Below, piece by piece: positions 61,000 through 64,000 of a stretch of DNA of 64,000 nt (position 1 is its first letter; the number at the start of each line of letters is the position of its first letter). Source of the DNA: Mobula hypostoma. Its lineage: Eukaryota. The notes beneath the pieces are model-generated. The model worked only from the letters and a program-made list of their open reading frames with translations, was not told the DNA's origin and ran no database searches. The stretch spans positions 235,910,001 to 235,974,000 of the forward strand of contig NC_086098.1 in the NCBI RefSeq assembly GCF_963921235.1, read 5' to 3'. The position numbers and the translations under genes were made by a program.

Positions 61000-63635
61000 C
61001 CGATTGAGTACCTGGTAAGGTTCTTGAAACTGTGCCGACCAACTGGAGGGTATATTCAGGGACATTTTCGACCTCTCATTGCTACAGTCGGAAGTTCCCA
61101 CCTATTTCAAATGGGCCAGAATTATACCAGTGCCCAAGAGTATCGTCCAGTAGCACACTTGTCTACGGTGGAAAAAAATGCTTTGAGAGATTGCTTATGA
61201 CCAGAATCAACTCCTGCCCCAGCAAGGACCTGAACCCACTGCAATTTTCCTATCGCTACAATAGGTTTATGGCAGACGCAACCTCAATGTTTTTCCACAC
61301 GGCCATAGATCACCTGGACAATGCAGACACCCATGTCAGGTCGCTCAGCGGTTAATGCCATCATTCCTACAGTCTTGGTCGATAAGCTACAGAACCTGGG
61401 TCTCTGTACCTCCCTCTACAATTGGATCCTTGACTTCCTAACCGGAAGACCAGGACACTGGCGCACCTCAGGGATGTGTGCTTAGCCCACTGCTCTACCC
61501 TCTCTATACCTATGACAGTGTGGCTAGGCATAGCTCAAATGCCATCTAGAAATTTGCTGACGATACAACCACTGTTGGTAGATACTTAGATGGAGACGAG
61601 AGGGCGTACAGGAGCGAGATATACCAGCTTGTTGAGTGGTGTCGCAGCAACAACCTTGCACTCAACGTAGGATCAGAGCTAATTATGGGCTTAAGAAAGG
61701 GTAGGACTCCGAATCACGAACCAATCCTTATAGAGTGATAAGAAGTGGAGAGAGTGGGCAATTTCAAGTTCCTGGCTGTCGAGATCTCTGAGGATCTACA
61801 GTGGTGCTAGAAAATTCGTGAACCCTGTAGAATTTTCTCTATTTCTGCATAAATATGACCTAAGCAGATCAGATCTTCACACAAGTCCTAAAACTAGATA
61901 AAGAGAACCCAATTAAATAACAACACAAAAAAGTTAGACTTGTTCATTTATTTATTGAGAAAAATTATCCATTATTACATGTATTTGATGGAAAAAGTAT
62001 GTGAACCTCTGGGGTAATGTCTCCGACAAAAGCTGCTTGGAGTCAGGTGTTACAATCAATGAGATGAGATGGGAGATGTTGGTTGTGAAGGTGCTCTGCC
62101 GTAAAAAAAGACCCACAAAGTCAGGTTACTGACAGAGCCTGCTCTTCTCTAGAAAAATCTGTTGAAGTGCACGATGCCTCAATCGAACCAACTTTCAGCG
62201 GACCTTAGAAGAAGAATTGCACAGATGCACGGAGTTGGATTTCTAAAGACCTGGGTGTTCATCAGTCCACAGAAAGAGAAATTGTCTACAAATGGAGGAA
62301 GTTCAGTACTGTTGCTATTCTCCCTAGGAGTGGGCGTGCTGCAAAAATCACATCAAGAGCAATGTTAAAGAAGGTGCAAAAGAACACAAGGATAACGTCA
62401 AAAGACCTACAGAAGTCTCTAGGACATTCCTGTTCATGTGTCTGCTGTAATAAAAACACTGAACAAGAATGGTATTCATAGAAGGACACCACTGCTCTCA
62501 AAAAAAAAACACGTCTCAAATTTGCAAAAGACCACCTGGACCACGCTTCTACGGCAATGTTGTGGACAGATGAGAGAAAAGTTGAATTTTGTTTTGTCAG
62601 AAATGCACATTGCTATGTTTAGAGGAAAAAGGGAACTGCACACCAACACCAAAACCTCGTCGCAACTGTGAATGGTGAAAGGAGCATTGTGTTTTCGGGG
62701 TGCTTTGCTGCCTCGGAGCCTGGACAGCTTGCTGTCGTTGAGGGAAGAAGGAATTCAAAGTTGTGTCAAGCCGTTTTACAGGAGAATGTCGGGGTAGCAG
62801 TCCGTCACCTGAAGCTTAATAGAAGCTGGATAATGCAACAAGACAATGATCCGAAAGACAAGAGTAAACCAACAGCAGAATGGTTTTAAAAAAAATAAAT
62901 TTCATGTTTTCGAATGGCCAAGTCAAAATCCTGAAGTTAATCCTCTAGAAATGTTGTGGAAGGCCCTAAAGCAAGCAGTTCATGTAAGGAAGCCCACCAG
63001 CATCCTAGAGATGAGGCAGTTTTGTAAGGAGGAATGGCTTAAAATTCCCCCAGGCCGATGTGCAGAACTGATCAACAGTTACCTAAAACGTTCGTTTGAA
63101 CTTATTGCTGTACAAAGAGGTCACACCAGGACGAAAGTAAAGGATCACATACTTTATCCTGCAAATAGATGAAATACTCAATCATTTTTCTAAATAAATG
63201 AATGAACAATTATAATGTTTTATGTGATGTATTTAATTAGGTTCTCTTTATCTAGTTTTAGGACTTAGGTGAAGATTTGGTCAGATTTTGGATCATATTT
63301 ATGTAAAAATAGAAAAAACTGCGCAGGATTCACTAATTTCATTGCACCGCTGTAACCTGGTCCCAACATATTGATGCAGCTATAAAGAAGACAAGACTGT
63401 GGCTATATTTCATTAGGAATTTGAGGAGGTTTGGTTTGTCACCTGACACTCGAATATTTCTGCAGATAAACCGTAGGGAGCGTTCTGGCAGGATTCATCA
63501 CTGCCTGGTATGGTAGTGGGAAAGTTGTAAAATTAGTCAGCTCCATCTTTGATATTAACCTCCATAGTATTCAAGACATCTTCAAGGAGCGGAGTCTCAG
63601 CAGGGTGGCGTCCATAATTAAAGATCCCATCACCC
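61000..63635 (+). mobile_element. Rex1-like LINE RT remnant split by Tc1 (61000-61798 and 63353-63635)
   Basis: KCFERL..., [26 protein letters not shown]; rejoins across the Tc1 as GAGGATCTA|ACCTGGTCC. Confidence 0.8.
61799..63352 (+). mobile_element. Tc1 DNA transposon with long imperfect TIRs and TA TSD
   Basis: TA at 61797-98 and 63353-54; cagtggtgc... / ...gcaccgctg ends; WIMQQDNDPK, WPSQNPEVNPLE; transposase frameshifted. Confidence 0.93.
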
Positions 63636-64000
63636 TGTCACGGTCCGCATTCTGGTTCACGGTCCGGTCCGTGGATTCTGTATTCCGGCTATTCCTTGTC
63701 TCCCTTGTTCCGTTGGGCACCTTAATTGAGGCACCTGATTCTCGTTTCGAGCTGGCAACTAAATAGCTCTGGGGTCCAGTGATTCCTTGCTGGATCGTCC
63801 TCGTCAGTAACCTCAGCAGCAATCTCAGCAGTAACTTCGTCTCTGCTGGGTAGGTACGGCCATTTGCCGCTACCCTGAGTGGGCACTGTCTCTTCGTGTT
63901 CTCGTCTCCGCTGAGTGGCTCTGGCCGTTTCGCCGCTACTCTGAGTTGGGAACTGTCTCTTCGTGTCCTGTGCCCAAGTGAGGAGCCCCGGCTCAGTGTT
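63636..64000 (+). mobile_element. LTR-like element start (runs off the window)
   Basis: TGTCACGG start; homologous to the reverse complement of ~48800-48953. Confidence 0.75.

Overview
Vertebrate DNA from a cartilaginous fish (probably a ray/batoid; inferred from the Ig isotype and LINE/SINE families), with two N gaps and a majority of transposon-derived sequence. Host genes: (1) an intact minus-strand immunoglobulin light-chain gene of the type I/sigma-cart (NS5-like) class, with leader 18682-18634, a germline-joined VJ exon 18485-18126 (no RSS) and C exon 17119-16791. Its V domain has substitutions at most VH-VL interface positions plus two extra cysteines. (2) A decayed, oppositely oriented L+VJ copy at 41845-42360, with a tandemly duplicated promoter/leader and no recognisable C exon. 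(3) Three in-frame 3' exons (55267-55079, 52261-52109, 51448-51388, minus) of a dermatopontin/hemagglutinin-amebocyte aggregation factor (HAAF)-like gene, not shown by the ORF track; its 5' exons were not found in the window. A segmental duplication (~0.5-4.7 kb vs ~26.5-36.7 kb) carries what may be a decayed multi-exon membrane-receptor gene (low confidence). TEs: a TSD-flanked Gypsy element with a Rex1 fragment replacing its integrase end, three related solo-LTR-like insertions nested in other TEs, two Tc1 elements, a near-full RTE-BovB, Dong/R4 and Tx1 fragments, tRNA-derived SINEs, hairpin elements and many CR1 fragments. All translations and alignments were done by eye; TE boundaries without TSDs are approximate.
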